A stretch of DNA of 64,000 nucleotides from the human T2T-CHM13v2.0 reference genome, Homo sapiens: the NCBI RefSeq assembly GCF_009914755.1, contig NC_060933.1; one strand, written 5' to 3'. Shown piece after piece: positions 12,800 through 31,385 of the stretch. The notes beneath the pieces were generated by a model. It did no database searches and was not told where the DNA came from. It saw only the letters and a program-made list of their open reading frames with translations. Position 1 is the first letter of the stretch, and each line of letters starts with the position of its first letter. A program made the translations under genes and the position numbers.

Positions 12800-12988
12800 G
12801 TAACCTGAAGCTGAAGTCCATGTTCTCATCTTACAAAGCCCACTGTTCTACTGTCTCTCAGAGGGATTTGAGACCAAATAAGAACATCACAATGGGGACA
12901 GAGTGACATCAATGCCTAAAAATTTGGTCAACCTCTCAAAATTGAGAAGTTGACTAAGAGGTGAAGAGGTTGACCAAGAGGTGGCAAT

Positions 12989-13403
12989 TGTTAAATTAAA
13001 TTTAGTCGGAAGCTGCTTCCTTTTAAGTTCAGCCTAAAGGTTTTTCTGTACATATTGAACCGTAACCTAACTGGACATGTAAACAGACTGAAACCGACTT
13101 TTGTAACAAGCAGCCAAGTCTCAGCCAATCACAGAAGCCATATTTTATCCACTCATGAATAGCCAACTGTTTAGTATTCAAATAAGTCAAATGCCAAGCT
13201 GTAACCAATCCGGCTGTTTTTGTACCTCATTTCTATTTCTGTACGTTGCTTTCCTTTTTCTGTCCATAAATCCTTTCAGGCCATGTGGCAGCATTGGAGT
13301 CTCTCTTAACCTATTCTGGTTCAAGGGGCTCCCCAATTCACAAATTATTATTTGCCCGATTAAACTCTGTTAAATTTAATCCATCTAAAGTTACTTCAAA
13401 CAA
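12989..13403 (+). mobile_element. MER57-type LTR (3' LTR of the host ERV)
   Basis: tgttaaattaaatttag..aagttcagcctaaagg..ccaatca..aaactctgttaaatttaat. Confidence 0.8.
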
Positions 13404-13985
13404 CAGAAAAAGAAATATAATGAATGACCCTTCCACATACTAAAAGCTGTTTAACCTGACTCATAATAAGAGAAGTGCAAATTAAAAGATATTTTTTCTT
13501 ACTTTCAAGATTATCAAAATCCAAAAGTTTGACAACATACCCGTATGAAGCTGTGGAGAAATAGTGCTCATACATTATTGGCAGAAGTGTAAATTGGCAT
13601 AAACGCTACAGAAAATGTATTTGTAAGCATTAACTTGGCTGGGAGTAACAGTAAAACACAAAACAACGAATTTATTTTTCATGTTAAACTTCAAATGTAG
13701 GCAGACTAAGCATCAAGTGGCTCCATTCCAGGAAGTCCTCACTCAGACTGCTTCTTTCTTGTTCCATTCTCAAGGTCATCTCATGCTTCAAAATGGCAAT
13801 TCTAGCTCAAGCCATCATGCCCACATTTCAGTCAGCAAGTAAAAGAAAGGAAAGGAAAAGGAAAATTGAAACCTCCATTTAAGGAGGTTTCTTGGAAGTT
13901 GTAAGTAGTAAAAATCTCTGCCACAAATATTATTTTGTGAAATTTTTGTTTCAATTTTATAGAAACGTGTACGTATACTCATTGA

Positions 13986-14314
<329 letters not shown>

Positions 14315-14420
14315 TGAATCTCAATTTTTAAAATGTTGAAAACTACTATGCTAAGTGAGGCAGTATAATGTAGTACAAGAACACAGAAAGAAAACAGGCA
14401 TGATTATTGTCTGAACTCCA

Positions 14421-14630
14421 GTGTGTCTTAGTTCACTGTCTGCTGCTATAACAGACTGTCATACACTGGGTAATTTGTAATGAACAGAAGTTTACTTGGC
14501 TCACAGTTCTTGAGGCTGGGAAGTCCAAGAGCATGGTGCCAACATGTAGCAAAGGTCATTTCATGGTGGAAGGTAAGAAAGGACATGACCCAGAGAAATG
14601 GGACTGAACTTATCCTTTTTATCAGTAACA
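14421..14630 (-). mobile_element. MaLR LTR fragment (MST/MLT1)
   Basis: gctgctataaca..ctgggtaatttgt..ggctcacagttct..aggctgggaagtccaaga. Confidence 0.7.
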
Positions 14631-14879
14631 CCAAAACAAAAAAAAAATCATAAAGGATGAATTGATAAGTTTGACTATACAAAAATTTTGAAGTTCTATA
14701 TATCAAAACATATTTTAAAATCAGTAGGGAAAGATGAAGTAGACAATAAATGCTGTTGGGACAATTAATTAGCCATTTAAAGAGAAAAAAAACTGGCATC
14801 TGTGAAATTCCCAACATCAAAAGCATGTCTCAACATGCAAAAATCCTAAAGGAAAAGACTGACAAATTCAACAGTAACA

Positions 14880-15700
<821 letters not shown>

Positions 15701-15829
15701 CATTAGCTCTATATGAATATAAAACAACTAAATAAAATAACAAAAGCATCAGAAAAATTACATAATGCATGTGTAATTTGGGAGTTGGAAAGACTCTAAA
15801 AAAAGGAAACTAAGAAGACGGTAAAGAAA

Positions 15830-17136
<1,307 letters not shown>

Positions 17137-17267
17137 TCAAGCATTGGTTGTTGTTTTTTAAATATTATATTATTAAACAGTTTGAGTCACAAGAATTTGC
17201 AAAAATAGTACAGCAAGTTCCCTTGTACTCTTCATCCAGCTTTTCCTAATATGTTACAAAACCATAG

Positions 17268-17681
17268 TGATGCAGGATTTTTTGCTCCTTAGTTCAGCTA
17301 AATCAGGTTTCTTGTCTCATGACCAGGAAAAATTAGGCATGCAGACACATTGAAGGGTGAGGAGGGCGGAATTTTTTAAGTGAAAAGAAAGCTGTCAGCA
17401 AAAAGAGAAGGTCACGCCAGCAGGCTCCAACCTCATAGATTGAATACCAGGCTGCCACACATGAGCTGAAGAGGACAGGCTGCTCCCCTGCGTAAGGTGT
17501 GAACTCCTGGTGGCTCCACCCCAATCCTCCAGTCCATTGCGGGCATGCCCTGACAAGACCCTGTGCAGGTTCCCTTATCTGCACAAAAATATCTGGTGTA
17601 AACATTTGTGCAGCAGGTCGGAGATCTTCCAGAGACCCTTTTTTATCTGCCTAGGCATTTGTCTGCCTCTTGCCTCTATCA
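17268..17681 (-). mobile_element. ERV1 solo LTR, MER61-type
   Basis: Minus strand tgatagaggcaagaggcagacaaatgcctaggcagata..ggggtggagcc..gagcaaaaaatcctgcatca; perfect TSD atag (17264-17267 / 17682-17685). Confidence 0.8.
17541..17560. promoter_or_regulatory. Candidate p53 response element
   Basis: GGGCATGCCC (perfect RRRCWWGYYY) plus TGACAAGACC (2 mismatches, core intact), zero spacer. Confidence 0.6.
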
Positions 17682-17777
17682 ATAGTATATTGTCAAAACC
17701 AGAAAATTGCAGTTGGTACAATACTATTAACTCAGGGACAGATCTTATTTGGATTTCACCAGTTTTTTACAACGAGA

Positions 17778-18106
<329 letters not shown>

Positions 18107-18647
18107 TGATATTTAAATGCATATTTTGTCATTTCCCAGAACTTGAGACAATAGTAAGCCCATAAGTCCCATTACAAAACTCTGTAGAAGACTCATCTAA
18201 AGTAATAAACTTCCCAGTTATCTCTTCTGAAAAGCTAAAAAGCAAATAGACCACTTAAGTAAGGAAGCACATCCTTTTACAACTCTTTTTGTAAAAGTCA
18301 TGTAATCATCAGAGGTTAAATTGCTACCTTCCAGATCCTACACAGACTTTATTAGGATTTAGATAGGCATCCTTGAACCCACAACAAAAGTAAGAAGCTG
18401 CAAACTACAGGTTGATATTCATATCAGAAGGATGATACTCAAAAGGTTTAACAGCTAGTGTGGCCCAGCAACAATCAGCACTGAGGCCAGCTTTAAGCTA
18501 CCGAAATAGCTGTCCTAGGGCCTCCCAGCTGAATTTCAGTCCTGAGGAAAGTAAGGCACAGAGACATACATATTTATTAATCTGTAGAGTAAGATTCTGA
18601 TCCAGATCTCAAAACTCCTAAATTTTCCAGCAAAGAAATAGGATAAC

Positions 18648-19008
18648 TGATATGGTTTAGCTCTGTGTCCCCACCCAAATCTCATCTTGAATTATAATCC
18701 CCATGTGTCGAGGGAGGGAAGTGATTGGATCATGGGGGGGTGTTTTCCCCCTTGCTGTTTTCATGATAGTGACTAAGTTCTCATGAGATCTGATGATTTA
18801 ATAAGTGTTTGACAGTTCCTCCTTCGCACACTCACATTCCCTCCTGCCACCTTGTGAAGAAGGTGCCTGCTTCCCCTTCCACGATGATTGTAAGTTTCCT
18901 GAGTCCTCCCCAGCCACGTGGAACTGTGAGTCAGTGGAACCTCCTTTGTTTATAAATTACCGAGTGTCAAGTAGTATCTTTATAGCAGTGTGAAAATGAA
19001 CTAATACA
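18648..19008 (+). mobile_element. THE1/MST-class MaLR solo LTR (THE1D-like)
   Basis: tgatatggtttagctctgtgtccccacccaaatctc..ctaataca; perfect TSD ataac. Confidence 0.88.
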
Positions 19009-19788
19009 ATAACCTTCCTTATTATACTCAACTAAAGAAAACTTTTAAATTACAAAATGACAATTGCGAGCCTGGAGCATTATTTCTAAAATGCTTTTCC
19101 TCAGAGCAGTATTTTTCTATTAGCATATTACAGTTATAGTCTGAAATTTACATTTTAAAAACATTACTTCAAAATTTTTAGAAAAATAAGTCACACACAC
19201 ATACACACACACTATAATAACCATTAGTTCCTGAGAACAATAGATGAATAAACATGAGACCTACCAAGTAGCTCAATAGTTCTTTATGGTTTTGAAATTC
19301 TACAGATTAATTTTTATTTTCTCATATGTGAGCAATTGCTTTGTGTTATTTCTCTGTACTCTATAAAATAAAATATCAAACCTTAAATTTTCTCACTGTA
19401 TAGTAGATACATTCCTAATTCACTTGTTACCATTTACAGTTCACATAAAACATGGAACACAAACACATTAAACATGTGAGAATGGTAAGGATTTAGGGAA
19501 ACAGGAACTCTCATTGGTAGAGGGAGTCAACTGGCACTTTTCAGGAAGAAACATTTTAATATTTAGTAAGAAGTTACCAAGCTGTTTATCCTTTGGACTT
19601 CCACTGCTAGGATTCTATTCTAATTGAATAACCAGACATCTAAATAAAGATTTATATATAAGAAATATATAAGAATGTTGATCCCATCAATGTTTACAGA
19701 GTGAAAAATCAGAAACATTATATATCTCTAGCAGTTAGGGTATGGGTATATAAAATATGGTACATACTTAAGAAAGAAAACACTACAA

Positions 19789-20084
<296 letters not shown>

Positions 20085-20672
20085 TACAATTTTTAAAAAC
20101 AGTATTTTAAAAGTATAGTTAAAGATATGGGGAAATCTTCAGTGGAAAAAGTTAATAAGGGCAATTTGCTTTTTGTAGAAATATTCCAGCTAATACATGA
20201 AGAGGGAATGATAGAATTAAAACATCACCACTTTGCAACCCTTAGTAAACCAAATGGATCTGGGCAATGACCATCAATAGCTTTTTAAATCACAAAGAGT
20301 CAAGCAGACATTATGAACCTTCTTATTAAAGTACACAAAATACTTTTTAAAAAGTCTTGCCCCCCCCACCAAAAAATAAAAATCAAAACTGAATCTAATC
20401 AAGCCGAGATCTAACTACCAATTTATGGAAATTAAGGGCAGGGGAGCATATTAAACTACACTGTGGCAAAGCAGTCAGTAAAATCTGGATGTAGGAAACT
20501 CAACAAGACAACCTGATTTCTGTTAAAAAGTCATTTTGAAGGAATAAAAAGAGATTGAGTAGGAAGCAACAGATGAAGAGAATCTTAAGTGATATATCAG
20601 TGAATTATTAATATAATGTATGGACTTTCTAAGAATCCTGATTCAAATAAAGAAACTGTAAATATATATATT

Positions 20673-21426
<754 letters not shown>

Positions 21427-21629
21427 ATATGTAAACCTGGGAAATATGAACACTGGAGATTTGGTAATATTAAGAAATCATGGATAATGATAAAGGTAAT
21501 CATTTTTTAAAAAAGAGTTCCTATCTTTTAGACTTACATACTGAAATATTTGTGGATGAAATAATAATATGAAGTGATGGTTTGAAATGTGCTTCAAATA
21601 TCCCTGAGCGGAAGGGGACTGGGAGGGGT

Positions 21630-21809
21630 TTTTAGTCATTTCAGGCTGCTATAACAAAGTTCCATAGACTGGGTGACTCAAACAACAAACATTTAGTTTC
21701 TCACAGCTCTGGAGGATGGGAAGTGAAAGATCAAGGTGCCAGAAGATTTCGTGTGTTGTGAGGGCCCTCTTCCAGTTTACGGACAGGCTCCTTGCTGTAT
21801 CCTCACATG

Positions 21810-21875
<66 letters not shown>

Positions 21876-22050
21876 CTCTAGTCTCCTCCTCTTCTTAAAA
21901 GGACATCGATCTCATCATGAAGGCCTCACCATCAAGACCTCAGCTAAACCCAGTCACCTCCCAAAGGCCCCACCTCCTAATACTGTCACATTGGGGGTTA
22001 GAGCTTCCACATGTGAATCTGGGGGAGACACAAACATTTAGTCCTTAACA
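21630..22050 (-). mobile_element. MLT1A/B-type MaLR LTR containing a (CA)n(GA)n microsatellite
   Basis: ggctgctataacaaa..ctcacagctctggagg..aagatcaaggtgcc. Confidence 0.75.
21812..21868. repeat. Compound (CA)n(GA)n microsatellite
   Basis: Read directly from the sequence. Confidence 0.95.
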
Positions 22051-22180
22051 GTGGAGTAAAGATAAAACACGTTTGTCCACAAGCTAATAATTGTCAAAGC
22101 TGGAGGATAGGAATGTGGGGGTTCATTCTCTATTTTTGTGTGTGGAATTTTCCATAATATAATTTTTTTAATACAAGTAG

Positions 22181-22477
<297 letters not shown>

Positions 22478-22512
22478 CATATTTTTTATGCCTTGTAATG
22501 AATAAACAAATA

Positions 22513-22818
<306 letters not shown>

Positions 22819-23063
22819 TTACAATATGACTTGTAACCTGAAGTTCCTTTTCAGGTTATAAGTCCTAAATTTGGATTTGGAAAATATAGCAATCATGCCC
22901 TTGGTCTAGAGAAAATACTCATCTATGCATCTAAGTCTTCGCTGCCAAGGCCTGTAAGACTCAGGATATAGGGCAAATCTTCCCTAAGTCATTGGCACTG
23001 ACCCCAGAGGTGTCACATCTAGAGCCTTAAGCAAGTTCTTCATCCAGAGATTAGAGATGATCA

Positions 23064-23558
23064 TGTCAAGGAGGAAATATAATTTATCCTCAACATCATA
23101 AGTTTGCAATTGGACAGATTATCAAGAGAAAACAAGCAAGTTTATTAACACCTGCAGTGTACATCACGCAGGGGAAACATAATCAGAAGGTGACTCAAAG
23201 CAGTGGTTTAGAATTCTGGCATATATATGTTTTAATAAAAAAAAAAATTCAAGAGAAGTGACACGACAAAGGAAATCAGGTTTAGGCTTCCAAAGGCAGG
23301 AAACTATGGGGAGGTAAATATATGGGGAAATTAATGGTAGGTAATGGGTCATTATTAAGTTTGTTTGAAGATTCCTTTGGTGCTATCTCTAAGCTGATAT
23401 GAGTTATTTCCAGTGAAGGAGAATGTATATCCTGTTTTTAGGTAGAAAAGCTGGGAGGATAGAAAGAGCTCTTCCTCTGTTTGCTTAATTGCCTTTAGCT
23501 CAAAAATATTGGTGTCAAAGAGGCATGTTTTGGGGTCACATATTCTAGTTTCTTTCCG
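23064..23558 (-). mobile_element. MER34/MER39-type ERV1 LTR
   Basis: Minus strand agaatatgtgaccccaaaacatgcctctttgac..ttttgagctaaaggcaatt. Confidence 0.65.
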
Positions 23559-23812
23559 TTTTTATTTAGTTCAGTCCTCTAGAATTTTTCTTCTAAGTAA
23601 CTTAAGTCCAAGAAGAGAAATGCAGAGACATTCTGGATTTGCTTAGAGTCACCTGGATAAACTTATTTATTCTTTCCTCAATGTACATTTATTAAACCCC
23701 CACTTTTCAATAACATTTAATAATTTAATGACCTAATAAATATATATAGTAAAATATATATATTATGTATATAGTATAAATATATTTATATATGAAATAT
23801 ATATGTACTATG

Positions 23813-23891
23813 TATTATATACTATATATAGCACAGATATATTTATATATTTAGTATATAAATATATCTGTGCTATATATAGTATATAATA
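23813..23891. repeat. AT-rich palindrome, perfect 37-bp arms with a 5-nt loop
   Basis: 23813-23849 is the exact reverse complement of 23855-23891 (checked by hand). Confidence 0.9.
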
Positions 23892-23905
23892 TATAGCATA
23901 TATTA

Positions 23906-24334
<429 letters not shown>

Positions 24335-24588
24335 CTACCATATATATATACACATAAACATACTTATACACACATTCACACACTCACAAGTACATGCACA
24401 TTTATATCAGTTGTGATCTGAAGCCAGAAAAAAAAATTCAAACTTTTTTTTTCTCTTTCTATACCCCTTACTCTTTTCTATGAAATATGATTACAAGGGC
24501 TAATAGTTACAGAATAAGTAAGCTAACTTTTCTGTAGTAAATAGTTCACAGATACTTCCTTTATATAGTAGCTATTTTCTTTTTAGCA

Positions 24589-25717
24589 GTGCTATGGTTT
24601 GAATGTCCCCTCCAAAACTCATGTCGAAACTTAATCCCCAATGTGGCATTATTGAGAGGTGGTCCCTTTAAGAGGTGACTGGATCATGAAGGCTCTACCC
24701 TCATGAATGGATGAATTCATTCATAGATAAATGAATTTGAAACTGCCTTTGCAAAAATTATAACAGTGAGAAAATTATGATAGTAAAAGAGATCTGATCT
24801 AACCAACCCCCATCTTCTCTTTAGCTTCCAAACTGCCCTCAATTATTCCTGGGCTTGGGCCAAGCTAACTTTGGGAGACAGTTTATAGTTTCAGTGATAA
24901 TAACTATTCCCCAAAACCAAACTGCCTTTGTGAAACTAATGAAAGACCACCAGGTTAGGAGGATGAGAGGAGCCTGAATTCTGCTAAGTTGTAGATGTAA
25001 ACAATTAACAGCCATTATTCAGGAGGTCACAAGATTTGCAACTTCCCCAATTACTCCTGCAGATAACATCACTATTGTAGAACCTAAGACTGCCCTTTGG
25101 AGATATCTTTTCAGGTTTTTGCATTTCTGGTCAATGGCTCCACCCAGACCCAGCAATGGTCCTGTGGCCTCACCCAGAAGAAGATTCCACATACACAAGG
25201 ACCATTTTCCACAACCCAGTGATTGCATCCTCAACCAGTCAGCAGTACCCATTCCCTGGCCCACCAAACTATTCTTGAAAAACCCTAGCCTCTGAATTTT
25301 GGGGGAGGCTGATTGGAGTGATAATAAACTCTGGTCCCCATTCAGCCAGTTTTATGTCAATTAAACTTTTTCTCTATTGCAATTCCCCTGTCTTGATAAG
25401 TCAGCTCTTTCTGGGCAGTGGGCAAAATGAACCCATTGGGTGGTTACAGATTAATGAGTTAATAGATTAATAGGCTTTATAAGAAGAAGAAGAGAGACCC
25501 GGGCTAGCATGTTAACACACTCAGCCCCCTCCCCATATAATACCTTGCTTTGCCTCAGGACTCTTCAGAGAGTCTCCCAGCAAGAAGGCTTTCACCAGAT
25601 GTTTCCCTTCCTGCTTCGACTTCCAAGGCTCCAGACCAGTAAGAAATACATTTCATTTCTTATAGATTACCCACTTTCAGGTATTTTGTTATAAGTAATA
25701 GAAAATGGACTAAGGCA
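24589..25717 (+). mobile_element. MST-type MaLR LTR split by LTR8
   Basis: tgctatggtttgaatgtcccctccaaaactcatg.. resumes at 25449 and ends ..aaaatggactaaggca. Confidence 0.75.
24738..25448 (+). mobile_element. LTR8 family solo LTR (LTR8B-like)
   Basis: tgaaactgcctttgcaaaaattataacagtgagaaaattatg..gaacccattgggtggttaca; TSD aatt / gatt. Confidence 0.82.
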
Positions 25718-26070
25718 AGCAGTAAACCAGATGTTTGAAGTTGAGAGAAGACCTAAGAGTACTGTTACCGTACCCTGTGCAAGAGCTGTTCTTCAATTAT
25801 CCTTTCTCCTTTGGAATCATCCATGACCCAGGTTGGAAATATACACCTAAGCATCCAAAGCTCTGAAAAATAACCAGGAAATTTAGGAAGAGCAAAGGGC
25901 ACAAGTGCCAAATTAATAAAATTATCTATTTAGGGCAATTATTTTCATTTGTACAGTAGGGTCAAGTAACTAGATTATGTAATATATATATACTATAGTT
26001 ACAATATATATTATAACTATCTCTGTAAGTAAAAGCTCTACCTGAAGAGGTAATGTGTAATGAATGAAAG

Positions 26071-26624
26071 TGTCTCAGAGGTGTTTGAACCAGAGCAACT
26101 CCATCTTAATTAGCAGCAGGGTAAAATGAGGCTAAAACCTACTGGGCTCCATTCCCAGACAGTTAAGGCATTCTAAGTCACAGGATGAGATGGGAGGTCA
26201 GCACAAAATACAGGTCATAAAGACCTTGCTGATAAAACAGTTGCAGTAAAGAAGCTAGCCCAAACCCACCAAAACCAAGATGGTGATGAGAGTGACCTCT
26301 GGTCGTCCTCACTGCTATACTCCCACCAGCGCCATGACAGTTTACAAATGCCATGGCAATGTCAGGAAGTTACCCTATATGGTCTAAACATGGGAGGCAT
26401 GAATAACTGACCCCTTGTTTCACATATCATCAAGAAAAACTATTAAAATCGGCAATCAGCAGCTCTCGGGGCTGCTCTGTCTCTGCAGTAACCATTCTTT
26501 TATTCCTTTACTTTCGTAATAAACTTGCTTTCACTTTACTGTATGGACTTGCCATGAATTCTTTCTTGCATGAAATCCAAGAACCCTCTGGTGGGGTCTG
26601 GATTGGTACCCCTTTCCTGTAACA
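26071..26624 (+). mobile_element. MER41A solo LTR
   Basis: cagaggtgtttgaaccagagcaactccatctt..cccctttcctgtaaca; TSD aaag. Confidence 0.9.
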
Positions 26625-26849
26625 AAAGCAGTACTAGAGGAAGGCTACCAGATAAAATTCCCTGCATCACAATTTGAAAGTTGTGTGATCTTGGGCAAAT
26701 TATTTCATATTTCTGTACTTTCATTTTCTCATCTATAAAATTTGGGTGACACTAATGCCTATTTTATTGAGTCCTGGTGAGGATGACATGGGAGAGAAAA
26801 AGAGAGAGAATTATTAGGCACAGCCTCTGTCATGTAATATGATACCAAA

Positions 26850-27727
<878 letters not shown>

Positions 27728-28607
27728 TAGGCATTATTATTATACAGCAATATATGATACATGGCTAAGAGAGGTTAAGTAACTTAATCAAGGCCACACA
27801 ACTAGTAAGTGATATTGCTGGGTTTGGGGTCTTTTCACTTACAATGCTATCTTGTCTTCCTTACTGCAGACTGAGTTTGCAAATCAATCTCATAACTAGA
27901 ACAAATCATGTTAATTGGAGTTTATTATTATTATGTACTTAAGCAAACTTTTTAACATAGTTTCAGACTTGTGACCTACACAACTGTGAGAGAATAAATG
28001 GGTATTGCTTTAAGCCACTATGTTTGTGATATCTTGTTACACCAGCAATAGGGAAATAATACAGATATCTTGCTCTTTTCCAAACCAGGCACCAGCCACT
28101 GCCAAAGCATTTTCCACGAAGGATGCTATGGGCACCCCAAAATATGTAATACTATATGATGCCCACATTAGATGTTAAATATGCTTTTCAAAAATAAAAT
28201 TACTGTTTTACTGAGGGATATATTGGTGACTAGGAGTAGAAAGCCATTCAAGCAACTGAAGCTACAGGGAGTTTGTTTTGAGGATAAAGAGGGAAATCTC
28301 ATGGACCACCAAGCACAGATAATGAACTTAGCCACTACATGAAAGAAAATGGATCAGATAGCATTTACAGAAAAGGTTTCCCACACAGCTTCAAGCAGGA
28401 GCCGAATGAGAATAAATATAAAAATAGATAATACCAACAAACTAGTTTAAATGCTCCATTTCCCCCCATACACTGCACATTCATGGGTTATTTGATAACA
28501 TCTTCTAAAATTCTGGTTATGTAAAAGCTATGCAATTTAGGATTTTAAAGAAACATCTAGGGTGGCCACACTTGGGGGAAACAGGGAGGAGGGATACAGA
28601 GTAGTAC

Positions 28608-28903
28608 TTTTTTTTTTTTTTTTGAGATGAAGTCTCGCTCTCTCTCCCGGCTGGAGTGCAGTGGTGTGATCTTAGCTCACAGCAACCTCTGCCTCCCGGG
28701 TTCAAGTGATTCTGCTACCTCAGCCTCCTGAGTAGTTGGGATTACAGGTGCGTGCCACCACATGCAGCTGATTTTTAATTTTTAGTAGAGATGGGGTTTT
28801 GCCATGTTGGCCAGGCTGGTCTGGAACTCCTAACCTCAGGTGATCCACCCGCCTCTGCTTCCCAAATTGCTGGGATTACAGGCGTGAGCCACCGTGCCCG
28901 GTC
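28608..28903 (-). mobile_element. Alu (AluSx-like)
   Basis: TSD cagagtagtact. Confidence 0.9.
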
Positions 28904-29209
28904 CAGAGTAGTACTGTGAATGAAAGGAAAATTCACAGGTCTTTATGATGGCTTGGGTATAGGGGTGAGAGACAATAAGGAATTACATATGATTCCCAGA
29001 ATTCCAGCTCCTCTATAAGCTTCAAGTGGACAAATGCAGAATCTTTCTTTTTGTTTCCATTGTATCTACAGTGTTCAGCACACAGTAGATGCTCAATAAT
29101 TGTTTGTTGTTCAGTTATAGAAACCACTGAATTTTGTTCTTTTTTTAACAGGGAAATGACATGATCAGGTAGCTAGTTTTTCAGCAGTGTGGAGGATGAA
29201 CAAGGCCCA

Positions 29210-29660
29210 GAGAGGATGGCAGAGACTGAGAGCTGTCTATCCAAATGCAGCCTCCTTTCCTTCCTGAGCATATAGCTAGCTGACATTTCCCAGCGTCCTC
29301 TTAAGTTGGGTGTGGCCATGTGAGCATGTTCTAGCCAACGGAATGTAAGATGGAAGTGATGGAAGTGATGCACACCACTTCCACACCAGCACCTTAAGAC
29401 CAGGCTGACCCTTTTCCTGCTTTCCCTTTCCACCAGCTGAATTTTGGCAATGGTGACCCTGCCTCAATCATGCAAAAGAGATGAATGTCCTTGCAAATGA
29501 CAAAGGACTAAGATGGAAGGAGTTTGGATCTGTGAATCACTACATGGAGAAAAGCCATCTGCTGACCTAGAAACTTACTCTGGATGAGATGAGAAATGAA
29601 TTTATTGTTCTTTAAGATGCTGAATTTTGGAGGTTTATTTTTTCTATCCACATAGCCACC
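29210..29660 (+). mobile_element. Old MLT1-type MaLR LTR
   Basis: gtgtggccatgtgag..ttctagccaacggaatgtaag..ggaagtgat motif. Confidence 0.55.
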
Positions 29661-29714
29661 GTTATTAACATGGGGTGGGAGTCAGAGAGTGACACTAGAA
29701 ACAGGACTATTTTA

Positions 29715-30202
<488 letters not shown>

Positions 30203-31239
30203 TTAACTAAAACTTCTCTTTCCAAATTTATTAGAGGCCTAAAACCAGCAAATCCAATCTGGCCTTTTCTTGGTCTTTATAGTTGTCTCCTCTCTATAGC
30301 ATACGACACTGTTGATCACCCCACCCACCCTGTAGCTTTTTACATGCTGGCTCTAATACTTTCCATTCTTTCTGTGTTGTTGTTGTTTTTTTCCATCAGC
30401 TTATTCTTATTCCATGCCCTTCTAAACATAGGGGCTCCTCAAGGTCCTGTCCTTAAATGCATTCTCCTTTTTTTATCTAGACACATTCACTCTCATGGCT
30501 TCAACTAGGCGGAATGTGACTGACCAACAGTGTGGCTCATCCTTGTGGAGGAGAACAGATGCCAATTAATTTGACATGACCATATCCAACCCAGGAAGTG
30601 GGTGGGAGGTAGGAAGGCAAATGAGCATCTCTCTCTTCCTATTTCAGATATGAATAGGTTATTTCCTCTGATGGAAAAAAACATGCAGAACTTTCTGTAA
30701 GTGAAGGAGTGGACTTTGGAGAACAAGCAGGATTGTCCAATAAATGACCTGAGAACACTTTTTGTGTTGCCTGCCTATGAACAGTTGGTTCCCTGTCCGC
30801 CAGGTGGAAGGGGCTATGCCTGAACTCAGCTTCCCAAGAGACCTGGTGGTTGAACTGCTAATGTTTTCCTGAATCTGCATGAACAGGTGGTGTCTAGCCT
30901 CACACTTTCAAATGCTAAAGCCTGAATGGTTTACCTCCAGTAAACCTCCAGTAGGAAACAACCTACTTGACTCTAGACTTCTTTTACCCACTGCTGTCAC
31001 TCACCAATCAGAACCTGTCAGCTCCTCAAAACTTTATTAGTGCCTATGAATTTTCTTTCAAAGTAATACATAACATTTCTCCTTTTTTAAAACCTCCAAC
31101 CTTCCCTTTGTTCTTCATACATACCCAAAACCACCATGCCGGTATTTATGCCTTGAATTGCAATTCTTGTGTCCCAAATAAAACATTTTAAAATTAGTCT
31201 CTCTATTTTATTTGACTTTGGCAATCTTATGCAATTTAT

Positions 31240-31385
31240 TGAATACTGTGCTGAAAGTTTTCTGAGCACGTTTAATGTAGGCTAGGTTAAGCTATAATGT
31301 TTGGTATGTTAGGTATATTAAACATATTTTCAACTTGTGATGTTTTCAATTTACAATTAGTTTATTGGGATGTAACCCAATAACT
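31240..31385 (-). mobile_element. MER47/Tigger5-type DNA transposon fragment
   Basis: ctgagcacgtttaatgtaggctaggttaagctat..ttttcaacttgtgat..gggatgtaaccc. Confidence 0.65.

Noticed and set aside
21649-22041. ORFs with HTHTHT/RERERE low-complexity runs
   Set aside because: Translation of a (CA)n(GA)n microsatellite inside an MLT1 LTR.
26071-26624. MER41 as an interferon-inducible STAT1 enhancer
   Set aside because: This copy is the MER41A type. The tandem TTCnnnGAA GAS segment known from MER41B is absent after ggtctaaa..gggagg.
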